From Candidatus Micrarchaeota archaeon (GTDB lineage Archaea > Micrarchaeota > Micrarchaeia > Anstonellales > Bilamarchaeaceae): a stretch of DNA of 64,000 nucleotides. Below the pieces are notes generated by a model. That model had not been told where the DNA came from. It saw nothing but the letters and a program-made list of their open reading frames with translations, and searched no databases. Positions 27,444-36,452 of the stretch are shown in pieces. The position numbers and the translations under genes are program-made. How positions within the stretch are numbered: the stretch's first letter is position 1; every line of letters begins with the position of its first letter. The stretch is from positions 19,967 through 83,966 of the forward strand of contig JAHJDH010000001.1 in assembly GCA_018812625.1 (NCBI GenBank), written 5' to 3'.

Positions 27444-28364
27444 ATGGATATTGATTCGCTTATTTCTGAAATTCACAAATCACAAAATTCTATTCAAGAA
27501 ATTGCAATGCAAATGACTGACAAGGTTTGCAAAGTAGAACCCTCCTCGCTTAATCTTTCTGTTTGTGCAGTTGATTGTGGCCTTCTTGCTCATCGCATGC
27601 ACGGAGTTGATATCACTGTTGCCCGTGCTGCCGGCGTGCATTTTGTATATGAAAATTCCAAGATCAAAACATTTGATCATCATCCAAGCAAAGTTCCAAA
27701 ATCTTCGGTTGAACTTATGAGCGCACTTGATGAACACGAAGCAAATGTTTTTCGCTCTCTTGTTCGGTTAAATCACGAGATTACCTGCGCAAATGAGCTT
27801 GTAGAAAAATACTCTCCAAATATTCTTCTTATTGATGGATCTCTCCTTCCAGTCCCATCAGACATTCCAACTAAAGCTAGCAAACTCTATCCGCTTTATC
27901 AGGAAGTCATCTCTCAATATGAAAAACTTTATTCTTCAAAATGTCTTTTTGCAGGAGTTATCAAAGATTCTCGCGCTCAAAGGTTTTCTGAAAAATGTTC
28001 TGACAGTGTTCTTTGTTATTATCTATTGAAGAGCGGAGAGCGCACAATTGAAATGGATTATTTTGATCCTGGTTCTCCAAAAAAAGATTTGAGCTCACTC
28101 GGATCAAAAATCAAATTCTTTTACATAAAACCTTCCAAGTCTGACATCCCTCTTCGAATTGAAGTTCTTGGAAATGTTGATGAGGCTGCCAAAATCGTCT
28201 ATGCTCTCTCTGCAATCAGCGATCATTTTGCCTATCCTGCAATCCTGATTGAAGCTGACATGTGCGCTGCTCTTGACCCTGTTGAAATAGAATCAATTGA
28301 AGCAACTCTTCAGTCCAAAGCAGGCCTTAGTCCCCTTCGCAGAAATTTTCGGCCATTTAGATAG
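27444..28364 (+). CDS. nurA: NurA-domain 5'-3' nuclease
   Basis: Acidic motif series 'CAVDCGLLA', 'LLIDGSLLP', 'GVIKDSRAQRF' and 'IEADMCAA', with a size typical of NurA. Confidence 0.65.
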   Translation: MDIDSLISEIHKSQNSIQEIAMQMTDKVCKVEPSSLNLSVCAVDCGLLAHRMHGVDITVARAAGVHFVYENSKIKTFDHHPSKVPKSSVELMSALDEHEANVFRSLVRLNHEITCANELVEKYSPNILLIDGSLLPVPSDIPTKASKLYPLYQEVISQYEKLYSSKCLFAGVIKDSRAQRFSEKCSDSVLCYYLLKSGERTIEMDYFDPGSPKKDLSSLGSKIKFFYIKPSKSDIPLRIEVLGNVDEAAKIVYALSAISDHFAYPAILIEADMCAALDPVEIESIEATLQSKAGLSPLRRNFRPFR

Positions 28365-28395
28365 GTTTTTCTTATTTTTGCATCAACAATATGCT

Positions 28396-28661
28396 GGGTG
28401 AGGGGCAGGTAGCTTACGCTAGTTTATAGTGAGGAAGTTCTGCCCTCCATGAGGATACAACGGCTTTAAGGGCCGAAGGAATGGTACAGAAACGATACCC
28501 TTTGGGGTTGAAACGAGCATTCCTTTATCCAATGACGGAGCAAGGCCTTTGTGCCGCTCCCAATTGACCGGCAAACCGGTCAATGGGCCCAAAAATCAGT
28601 AATGATTTTTGTGGTAGTCAAATGCTACCTGAACACAAAAGGCAGACTATGTCCCTCACCT
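28396..28661 (+). ncRNA. rnpB: RNase P RNA (compact, about 266 nt)
   Basis: P1 is GGTGAGGG (28397-28404) paired with CCCTCACC (28653-28660). P2 is CAGGTAGC paired with GCTACCTG. CR-I-like 'GAGGAAGTTCTGCCCTCCATGAGGA', 'GGTACAGAAACGATACC', 'CGGAGCAAGGCC' and CR-V-like 'ACACAAAAGGCAGACTATG' parallel the E. coli M1 motifs GAGGAAAGUCCGGGCUCCAUAGGG / ACAGA / GGAGCAAGGCC / ACAGAACCCGGCUUAU. Confidence 0.85.
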
Positions 28662-28670
28662 CTTCTTTTT
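28661..28670 (+). terminator. oligo-T/pyrimidine tract after RNase P RNA
   Basis: 'tcttcttttt' follows the P1 3' strand directly. Archaeal terminators are typically T-runs. Confidence 0.4.
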
Positions 28671-28758
28671 AGGAAAAAAGAAGCAAAAAACCCGAATGTT
28701 ATAATTTTCAATAGCACCAAAACTTCTTGTAACCTATTGTTATATTTTATAAATATTT

Positions 28759-29280
28759 GTGTGTATATCTCCTTTGGTTATCCTTATGAGATGCAGAAAA
28801 TTTTTATCACGTTATGAAAGGGCTATCATTGGTACTGCAGGATCACTAGTAATAGCAGGTTTTATGGCCCTGACATTTGCCAAAGTAATGAAAATCAACA
28901 ACACCGAGCCTCTACTAGAAGATTTGCGCTCAGGCAGAGTGACAGTCCAGTGCCTGACATCCAAGAAAAGTGCTGATGCCCTCTCAAAGCATGTGGGCAG
29001 GGATGTTGGCAAGTTTGCAGTTACAAATATCCGTGTCGCTGTAGAGCAGTGCAAGGGTGAGCCTGATCCGAACAGTTGCATTGCAGAAGCAGCTCCACTG
29101 GAAGTTTCCCATGCTCTTAGAAAAACTGCTACTGGGTTTGACAAGTCCAACTTAAGATTTACTCGTTTTATCCAGCAGACTCATTCTAGTTGGTCTACTG
29201 AGGATGATGCAGTGATGTCTGTTTTTGGTGAGCAGGCAATAGATGGCATTGATGCTATGCGAAAAGCCTGCAAGAACTAG
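28759..29280 (+). CDS. hypothetical N-terminally anchored Cys-containing protein
   Basis: 173-aa ORF with TM 'AIIGTAGSLVIAGFMALTFA'. The likelier start is the ATG at 28786 (MRCRKF...). It looks GC-richer than its neighbours by eye. Confidence 0.45.
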   Translation: MCISPLVILMRCRKFLSRYERAIIGTAGSLVIAGFMALTFAKVMKINNTEPLLEDLRSGRVTVQCLTSKKSADALSKHVGRDVGKFAVTNIRVAVEQCKGEPDPNSCIAEAAPLEVSHALRKTATGFDKSNLRFTRFIQQTHSSWSTEDDAVMSVFGEQAIDGIDAMRKACKN

Positions 29281-29282
29281 AA

Positions 29283-30605
29283 TCAAACACTCATATTGCC
29301 TGGAAGCCCGCCGCCTTTCATCATTTTTTCCATTTTCTTTCTAAAGCCGCGGTTCTTCTTGAACATATTCATCATTTTTTCCATTTTTTCAAATTGAGAC
29401 AAAAATTCACGAACTTCTTTTTCTTCACATCCACTTCCCTTTGCAATTCTTGAAATTCTTGTCTGATTGTTTTTGAGCAGGACAGCATCTTTCTTTTCAG
29501 CCTTTGTCATGGAATTGATCATTGATTCGAATTTTGTAAGTTTCCCTTCACTCTGCTGGACAACTTCTTTTGGAACATCAGCTGCTCCAAGCATTGAAAA
29601 CACGTCGCCAAGAGGGCCCATCTTCTTTGCTGCTTTGAGTTGCTCATAAAATGCTTCAATTGTAAGTTTTTCACTTTCAATTTTTTTCATATCTGTTTCT
29701 TTTGAAATCTCCTTGATCTTTTCCATCAAAGCTCCAATATCAGGAACTCCAAGAAGCCTTCCAACAAATTTTTCTGAATTATAAACTTGGAGGTCTCCCA
29801 TTTTTTCTCCAAGGCCAATAAATGCAATTTTTGCGTTTGATGCCCCAACAGAACTGAGCGCCCCGCCTCCTTTTCCAGAACCATCCATCTTAGTAACCAG
29901 AACTCCGGATAGTGGAACAGCTTCATTGAATTCTGTTGCCTGTTTCCCTGCAACCTGCCCGATATCAGCGCTCATCACAAGGAAATTCTCATCTGGTTTT
30001 AGCATATCTGCAACTTCTCTTAATTCTTCAACAAGCTGTCCATCCAGTGCAGATCTTCCAGCCGAATCAACTATTATCACATCTTCCTTTGCCTTTGCAA
30101 GAGCAGTTTCAACTATTTTTGCCGGAACTTTTTCCCCTTTTGTTGTGTAATATGCTGCTCCAACCTTTTTTGAGAGCTGCTCAAGCTGTTCCTGTGCAGC
30201 TGGCCTATCAGTATCTGCTGCAATCAACCCAACACTCAATCCCTTGGTCTTGTAAAAATGGGCAAGCTTTGCGCAGCTGGTTGTTTTTCCAGAACCATAA
30301 AGTCCGCAAATGAGAATTTTGTGTTTGTCTAATCGTGGCTGGTATGTTTCTCCCATTAGGTTGACTAATTCCTCGTAGACAATCTTAGTTACGTGTTCTT
30401 TGAGAGATAATGCCTCGAGTTTATCTGTTTTTAGTGTTCTTTCTTCTATTTTCTTTGAAAGTTTCAAAACAAGCTTGACATTTACGTCTGAGGATATCAG
30501 AACTCTTTGCAGGTCTTTTATCAGTGCTTTTACATCTGCTTCGTCCACATATGGGCGATTTGTAAGCTTTGAAAGCGCCTGGCGTAGTTTTTTTCCTAAA
30601 TCCAT
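29283..30605 (-). CDS. srp54: signal recognition particle protein SRP54
   Basis: An N domain, G-domain P-loop 'GLYGSGKTTSCAKLA' and 'DTDRPAA', plus a Met-rich M domain 'KMEKMMNMFKKNRGFRKKMEKMMKGG'. Confidence 0.95.
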   Translation of the reverse strand: MDLGKKLRQALSKLTNRPYVDEADVKALIKDLQRVLISSDVNVKLVLKLSKKIEERTLKTDKLEALSLKEHVTKIVYEELVNLMGETYQPRLDKHKILICGLYGSGKTTSCAKLAHFYKTKGLSVGLIAADTDRPAAQEQLEQLSKKVGAAYYTTKGEKVPAKIVETALAKAKEDVIIVDSAGRSALDGQLVEELREVADMLKPDENFLVMSADIGQVAGKQATEFNEAVPLSGVLVTKMDGSGKGGGALSSVGASNAKIAFIGLGEKMGDLQVYNSEKFVGRLLGVPDIGALMEKIKEISKETDMKKIESEKLTIEAFYEQLKAAKKMGPLGDVFSMLGAADVPKEVVQQSEGKLTKFESMINSMTKAEKKDAVLLKNNQTRISRIAKGSGCEEKEVREFLSQFEKMEKMMNMFKKNRGFRKKMEKMMKGGGLPGNMSV

Positions 30606-30810
30606 AATTATCCTCTATTAAAATTCAATATATTTAGCCTTCTTTCACCTCTTAAAGCTTTGCCTTATGGCTTTTTTCAGCTGTGCAAACAATCTGCTGA
30701 TTTTTCACATCTTCGTTAGTTTTAAAAGCATTTGGCTACGAATGAATCTTACGATAGGAATTCTATCAAAACTAATTATCGAGAAATATTTGATATAGTT
30801 GTTAAACTAA

Positions 30811-30815
30811 GGTGA
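30811..30815 (+). promoter_or_regulatory. Shine-Dalgarno GGTGA
   Basis: 'aggtgaaaatatg' is a 13-mer identical to the one upstream of the aminotransferase at 48802. Confidence 0.5.
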
Positions 30816-30819
30816 AAAT

Positions 30820-32463
30820 ATGAGTAGACAAGTAAGTGGAGAACAAACGGTTGTTCTACCAGAAGGAGCCCAGAGGATTTTAGGAAGAGATGCAATGCGA
30901 ATTAACATTGCAATTGGATATGCTGTTGCAAATATCGTCAAGACTACGCTAGGTCCAAAGGGAATGGACAAAATGCTTGTTTCTGATCTTGGAGATATAG
31001 TCATTACAAATGACGGTGCAACAATCCTCGAAGAAATGAATGTTGATCATCCAGCAGCAAAATTAATGGTTGAAATCGCAAAAACCCAGGATAAGGAAGT
31101 TGGTGATGGAACTACAACCTCTGTTGTAATTGCAGGAAATCTCCTCAAAAAAGCAGGAGAACTTTTGGACCAGGGTATCCATCCAACAGTAATTATCAAA
31201 GGCTACGAGCTTGCCTCAGCCAAAGCAGATGAGGTTCTTGAGTCCTGCGCAGAAACAGTCAGTCCGGATGATGCAGAGACTCTAAAGAAAATTTCCCTTG
31301 TTGCTATGGGCTCCAAGGGAATCGGCTCTGATGCTGAAAAAGAAAAGATTGCAGGAATAGTTTCTGGTGCTGTAATGCAGGTTTCATCTGAGAAAAACGG
31401 CAAATATGAAGTTGATCTTGATCTGATAAAAATCGAGAAAAAAGCAGGCGGACACGTTATGGACACAAATCTTGTCAATGGTGTTGTTATTGACAAGGAA
31501 GTTGTTCACAGCGGAATGCCAAAAACAATAACCGATGCAAAGATAATGCTTCTTGATACTGCACTTGAAATTGAAAAGACAGAGACTGATGCTAAGATTG
31601 AAATCACTTCTCCAGACAAAATGCAGGCATTCCTTGAGCAGGAAGAGAAGATGATGCGGGATATGGCAGAAAAAATCGCAGCAACAGGTGCAAATGTCAT
31701 TTTCTGCCAAAAAGGAATTGATGATTTAGTTCAACATTTCCTCTCAAAAAAAGGCATTGCTGCAGTTCGAAGAGTAAAGAAGAGTGATATGGAAAAACTC
31801 TCAAGAGCAACTGGTGCTGTTATTGCATCAAGCCTTGAAGACCTCAAGGATGTAAAGCTTGGTTTTGCAGGAAATGTCGAAGAGAAAAAAGTTGGCGGCG
31901 AGGCTATGATTTTTGTTGAAAAATGCAAAGATCCAAAGTCAGTTACAATCTTTGTCCGTGGCGGAACTGACCATGTTGTCAGTGAAGTTGAGCGGGCAGT
32001 TGTTGATGCCAGAGGTGCAGTTGCAAGCGCACTTGAAGATGGAAAATACGTCGTTGGCGGTGGAAGCGTTGAGATGGAACTCAACAGAGAACTTCATTCA
32101 TACGCAGTTGAAATCGGCGGCAGAGAACAGCTTGCAATCCAATCATTTGCAGATGCACTTGAATGCATTCCACGAGCACTTTCAGAAAATGCAGGTATGG
32201 ATGTAATAGATACTTTGGTTACCCTCAAGAACAAGCACAAGGAGAATGGTGGTAAAACATTTGGTGTTGATGTACTTGCAGGAAAGGTTTCTGATCTCAA
32301 AACACAAGGTATCTATGAGCCATTGAGAGTGAAATCCCAGGCAATATCTTCTGCAACTGAAACTGCCAGACTCGTCCTTAGAATTGATGATATCATCAGC
32401 TCCAGAGGAGGCGGAGGCGGTGGAGGAATGCCACCAGGCGGTATGCCACCAATGGATATGTAG
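30820..32463 (+). CDS. ths: thermosome subunit (group II chaperonin)
   Basis: '[12 protein letters not shown]', '[12 protein letters not shown]', '[10 protein letters not shown]' and the Gly/Met/Pro tail '[18 protein letters not shown]'. Confidence 0.97.
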   Translation: MSRQVSGEQTVVLPEGAQRILGRDAMRINIAIGYAVANIVKTTLGPKGMDKMLVSDLGDIVITNDGATILEEMNVDHPAAKLMVEIAKTQDKEVGDGTTTSVVIAGNLLKKAGELLDQGIHPTVIIKGYELASAKADEVLESCAETVSPDDAETLKKISLVAMGSKGIGSDAEKEKIAGIVSGAVMQVSSEKNGKYEVDLDLIKIEKKAGGHVMDTNLVNGVVIDKEVVHSGMPKTITDAKIMLLDTALEIEKTETDAKIEITSPDKMQAFLEQEEKMMRDMAEKIAATGANVIFCQKGIDDLVQHFLSKKGIAAVRRVKKSDMEKLSRATGAVIASSLEDLKDVKLGFAGNVEEKKVGGEAMIFVEKCKDPKSVTIFVRGGTDHVVSEVERAVVDARGAVASALEDGKYVVGGGSVEMELNRELHSYAVEIGGREQLAIQSFADALECIPRALSENAGMDVIDTLVTLKNKHKENGGKTFGVDVLAGKVSDLKTQGIYEPLRVKSQAISSATETARLVLRIDDIISSRGGGGGGGMPPGGMPPMDM

Positions 32464-32493
32464 TCTTTTATTCTTTTTTTTCTATTTCTATTT

Positions 32494-32769
32494 ATGGATT
32501 CAAGAATTCACATTCATGTTTTTGGAATTGTTCAAGGCGTCTTTTTTCGAGCAAATACTTTTGATATGGCAACTGATCTAGGTCTTTTTGGATATGTGTT
32601 AAATCTTTCAGATGGTTCTCTTGAAATAGTTGCAGAAGGGGAAAAGGAAAAACTCGAAGAGCTACTCAACTGGGCTTCTCACGGTCCATCTGAAGCTGTG
32701 GTTTCAAAAATAGATCATTCCTGGCATGATTCAAAAAAAGAATTTAAAAAATTTGAAATAAGAAACTAA
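32494..32769 (+). CDS. acyP: acylphosphatase
   Basis: 'IHVFGIVQGVFFRANT' phosphate-binding loop and 'GYVLNLSDGSLEIVAEG'. Confidence 0.88.
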   Translation: MDSRIHIHVFGIVQGVFFRANTFDMATDLGLFGYVLNLSDGSLEIVAEGEKEKLEELLNWASHGPSEAVVSKIDHSWHDSKKEFKKFEIRN

Positions 32770-33161
32770 TATCTCTCACTTTTCACGCTTCCCCTTCTTC
32801 TTGGAGATGAGTGATCCCTGCCTACTTTGATTTTCCTGAGCCTTGTAATAGTTTCCTCAAGCTCCTCAATCTTTATTGCATCGCCATAATGTATTTTCGC
32901 CTCATCTGGGATTTCAATAAATCCCTTTTCATCAAAACACAGAAGATCTCCACTATCTCCAATAATTGAATCAAGAAGATAAACCATTGCAGATACTTTG
33001 ACTCCTGCATTTTTTGGCAGTTTTACAAGACTCATGTCTGCACTCTTTGCAACAACATTTAGGATTTCCTGCAGCTCTTCAATTTCCTCGTCGTTAAAGT
33101 CATTTTCTTTTAGCCATTCTATTGCTGATTCTCGAAATAAATATCCGCTCATGTTATCCAC
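32766..33161 (-). CDS. hypothetical acidic protein
   Basis: 131-aa ORF convergent with acyP, with a 4-nt end overlap. I recognise no motif. Confidence 0.45.
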   Translation of the reverse strand: MDNMSGYLFRESAIEWLKENDFNDEEIEELQEILNVVAKSADMSLVKLPKNAGVKVSAMVYLLDSIIGDSGDLLCFDEKGFIEIPDEAKIHYGDAIKIEELEETITRLRKIKVGRDHSSPRRRGSVKSERY

Positions 33162-33188
33162 CTGTAATATACTTACAACAATTATTTT

Positions 33189-34586
33189 TTATTTGCTCTT
33201 TGCAAGCTTTTCAAAAGCTTCTGTAACAAGTCTTACTCCAATTCCACTGGCTCCCTTTCCAAGGTATCCATGTTCTGTACTTATTGCATCAACAGCAGCA
33301 ATGTCCAGATGCGCCCATTTGGTATCTCCTACAAATTCCTTGAGAAACGCTGCTGCTGTAATTGATCCTGCTTCTGGCAGCTCTGAAATATTTTTCAAGT
33401 CTGCAATGCCAGATTCCATCATTTTTCCATATTCGGGCCAGAGTGGCAATCTCCATACTCTCTCATGCGTTTCTTCACCTGCCTCAATCAATATCTGGGC
33501 AAGTTTATCATTATCGCTAAACATACCGATTGCATGCCTGCCCAGACAAACAATCATTGCTCCGGTTAAAGTTGCCATATCGATCATATATTCTGGTTTT
33601 TGAGTAGCGGCATAGGCGAGTGCATCTGCAAGAACAAGCCTTCCTTCAGCATCTGTATTGAGAACCTCAATTGTTTTTCCATTATACGCCCTGATAATAT
33701 CCCCTGGCTTTTGAGCCTTTGATCCAGGAGTATTTTCAGCAAGTGGCATTAGGCCCATAAGTCTGATTGGAAGTTTCAGTTCTGCTACTGCCTTGAAAAC
33801 CCCAAGCACATTAATTGCACCTGTTTTGTCATATTTCATCTCATGCATTCCCTTGGATGGTTTGATGCTGATTCCTCCACTGTCAAAAGTAATTCCCTTT
33901 CCAACAACACAAAAGAGCGGATATCTGGATCCTGCATTGTATTCCAGCTTTACCAAAACAGGGGGAACTGCGCTTCCCTGACCTACTGCAAGAATTGCGT
34001 TCATTCCCATTTTTTTCATTGCTTTTGTGTCAAATACTGTGACCTTCAGCTTCTTTTCCTTTGCCAATTTAAGCGCAGCATTTGCTATCATTTGTGGAGT
34101 TGCTATGTTTGCCGGCTCTTCATCAAGCGCTCTTGCATAGTTTTGCGCACTGGCGAGTATTCCTCCTTTTCCAAGAGCTTCTGTTAAATTTTTTGTTGTG
34201 ACCAGATGTATTTTTGCTACTTCAAAATTTTCTTTTTTTGTTTTGTATTTATCGAATTTATGTCCTGCCAAAATTGCTCCTTCTGCTATTGCTTCTGCTG
34301 ATTTTTCATCTGCTTTTGGATAATATATGGAAATTTCTTTTTCTTTGATTTTTTCTGCATATCTTACACACGTTCCTGCAGCAATCCTGAAATCATCTCC
34401 TCTCATTTTCTTTCCAAGTCCAACAAGAAGAATGTTCTTCTTTCCACTACTTAGCGAGAAGCTCTGTCCCTCATTTCCCTCAAACTTTACATCATGCAAA
34501 ACAAGTTCTTTTGGCGGAGGTTCTCCTTCTGCGAGTAAAATACAAATAAGATTTCCTGATACTGCATTTTTGTAATCGATTTTCAT
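33189..34586 (-). CDS. pepA: leucyl aminopeptidase (M17 family)
   Basis: 'VGKGITFDSGG' and 'NTDAEGRLVLADAL' metal-binding motifs. Confidence 0.92.
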   Translation of the reverse strand: MKIDYKNAVSGNLICILLAEGEPPPKELVLHDVKFEGNEGQSFSLSSGKKNILLVGLGKKMRGDDFRIAAGTCVRYAEKIKEKEISIYYPKADEKSAEAIAEGAILAGHKFDKYKTKKENFEVAKIHLVTTKNLTEALGKGGILASAQNYARALDEEPANIATPQMIANAALKLAKEKKLKVTVFDTKAMKKMGMNAILAVGQGSAVPPVLVKLEYNAGSRYPLFCVVGKGITFDSGGISIKPSKGMHEMKYDKTGAINVLGVFKAVAELKLPIRLMGLMPLAENTPGSKAQKPGDIIRAYNGKTIEVLNTDAEGRLVLADALAYAATQKPEYMIDMATLTGAMIVCLGRHAIGMFSDNDKLAQILIEAGEETHERVWRLPLWPEYGKMMESGIADLKNISELPEAGSITAAAFLKEFVGDTKWAHLDIAAVDAISTEHGYLGKGASGIGVRLVTEAFEKLAKSK

Positions 34587-34622
34587 GAACCAACTAATCC
34601 TCTTCAGATTAAAAAATATTGC

Positions 34623-36356
34623 TCATCGCTGGAGATGGAACATTTGCTCAATTTCGTGGCTTGTTGTAATCTCTTTTATCGTTTTGTCATCTCTGAGCTT
34701 TACGAGTCTTGGAAACCGAAGTGCAAAACCTTTGTCGTTTTTCTGCGCGCAGCTATGTACTGATGAAATTGTAATATCATCAAACGCAACTTCAACTACA
34801 TACTTTGGCTCAACCCAGAAATCCGGCACAAGCCGATAGTCCAGATTAGTTGGTGGTTTTTCTGTTTTTATTTCATCGAGCATTTCTTTCAGTTGCTTCA
34901 TCTCATCTTCAGAAAATCCAGATCCGATCTTGGCAACTGTTTCAAGTTTTCCATTGTCTGGATTATATGTTGCAATTAAAAGTCCCCCAAATTCAAATTC
35001 TGCCCGGGATCCATGTCCCCTATAGTAGCCAATAACAACTCCATCAACAGTATCAACTGCCTTTCCATATGATTTCTTGAGCTTTATCCAGGCAAATTTG
35101 CGCTTTCCTGCAGTATAGTGCGCTTTCAAATCCTTTGCCATGATACCTTCAAGTCCTTCTGAAATGGATTTGTCAAATATTTTTTCGAGAGTTTTTGCAG
35201 TTGCAACTACTTTGCTTTTGCTTGGCTTGAGGATCTTTCCCTTGAAAAGTTTTTTGATAATGTCTCTTCTTTCACTGTATTTCCTTTCTGTTAAATCCTC
35301 TCCATCAAGATATAAAATATCAAATACGAAAAGGTTTAGCGGGAAATCCGTTGATGCTTTTTCAATTCCATGTTTTCTTCTTCTGTGCATTGTTTGCTGG
35401 AATGAAAAATATCTCTTCTTTTTCGTGTTGTATGCAAGCGCTTCTCCTTCAAAAATGAGTTCATTTGCCTTAATTTTTCTCACAGCTGCAACAACATCGG
35501 GAAACATGTATGTCATTTTTTCCAGTTTTCTTGAATACAGCTCAACCTGGTCTCCTTTTTTATGGCACTGGAGCCTAAAGCCATCATATTTCATCTCAAC
35601 TCCGCATTTTCCAAGTTTTTCAATTATTTGCTTTGGAGTGCTAAGCCGCTCTGCCAGCGCAGGCATCAATGGTTTGAATGGCTGTACTTTGAATTTTTCA
35701 ATATTTTTTGGATCTATGTAGAACAATTTTGCAACTAGCCCCATATCAGCAGAAACATTGTATGCATGCTCTAGTGATTCCCGAAGAGATTTATCTCCAG
35801 CATGGGCAACTGAGACTGCATCCAGGATTGTAGGATCTCCAACTCCAAGCCTTAGTCTCCCAAGCACAAATCGAACAATAAATCTTGCTTCTATTGGTGA
35901 GGCATTGTTGAGAAGTTCTGTGAGCTGTTTGATTTTCTGCTCCTGGCTTCCACTTCCGCTTGAAATGGATATCCTCATCATGGCATCATAAACATACAAA
36001 AGATCCATCTCGCTTGTGAAAAGAGCAGTTTGTTTTCTTTTCTCAAGAAGCGCCTCTGCAGTATCTCCAAGGTCTCCGCTTTTTTCATAATTTCGATCTA
36101 CCTGGGCAACTGTATATCCTGAAGTAGATGCAATAGCCTCAACTGCAAACCTCTCACCAAGTCCAAGGTCAATTCCTTCGTATGGCGGTGCAATTATCCC
36201 CTGGATAAAATAAACTAATTTTTCAATTTCCTCATTGCCTGTTTTTTTGAAGAGTTCTGCCAGGATGTCTGTCATCTCAAGCCTGCCGCTGCGCTGCTCA
36301 AGCTTGTCAAAGACCGCAGCAACATCAGCAAAAAGGAGCATATACAGAGCTTGCAT
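34623..36356 (-). CDS. lig: ATP-dependent DNA ligase
   Basis: Adenylation motif I 'EMKYDGFRLQ', motif 'EGIMAK', and an OB-domain C-terminus. Confidence 0.93.
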   Translation of the reverse strand: MQALYMLLFADVAAVFDKLEQRSGRLEMTDILAELFKKTGNEEIEKLVYFIQGIIAPPYEGIDLGLGERFAVEAIASTSGYTVAQVDRNYEKSGDLGDTAEALLEKRKQTALFTSEMDLLYVYDAMMRISISSGSGSQEQKIKQLTELLNNASPIEARFIVRFVLGRLRLGVGDPTILDAVSVAHAGDKSLRESLEHAYNVSADMGLVAKLFYIDPKNIEKFKVQPFKPLMPALAERLSTPKQIIEKLGKCGVEMKYDGFRLQCHKKGDQVELYSRKLEKMTYMFPDVVAAVRKIKANELIFEGEALAYNTKKKRYFSFQQTMHRRRKHGIEKASTDFPLNLFVFDILYLDGEDLTERKYSERRDIIKKLFKGKILKPSKSKVVATAKTLEKIFDKSISEGLEGIMAKDLKAHYTAGKRKFAWIKLKKSYGKAVDTVDGVVIGYYRGHGSRAEFEFGGLLIATYNPDNGKLETVAKIGSGFSEDEMKQLKEMLDEIKTEKPPTNLDYRLVPDFWVEPKYVVEVAFDDITISSVHSCAQKNDKGFALRFPRLVKLRDDKTIKEITTSHEIEQMFHLQR

Positions 36357-36443
36357 GCTAGAAATTTAATTGCTTGCTTGTTTCTAATTTCTGTGAAAAT
36401 ATCCAATTCTAACTATCATTTTCGTTGTTTTACTCCACAAAGT

Positions 36444-36452
36444 ATATAAAAT
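36444..36452 (+). promoter_or_regulatory. candidate TATA box for the 1090-aa surface-protein gene
   Basis: 'tatataaaa' lies about 31-39 nt upstream of the ATG at 36483, which begins a good signal peptide. This suggests a leaderless or near-leaderless mRNA. Confidence 0.35.

Noticed and set aside
28380-28817. Whether the structured RNA is SRP (7S) RNA, given that srp54 lies nearby, and whether track ORF 28551-28817 is a gene
   Set aside because: The sequence carries RNase P conserved regions (GAGGAAGTTC.., ..ACAGAAA.., CGGAGCAAGGCC, ACACAAAAGGCAGACTAT) rather than SRP helix-8/helix-6 motifs. The ORF overlaps the RNA's 3' half and looks spurious.
32400-32463. Gly/Met/Pro-rich C-terminal tail of the thermosome as an anomaly
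   Set aside because: GGM-type flexible tails are a normal feature of chaperonins.
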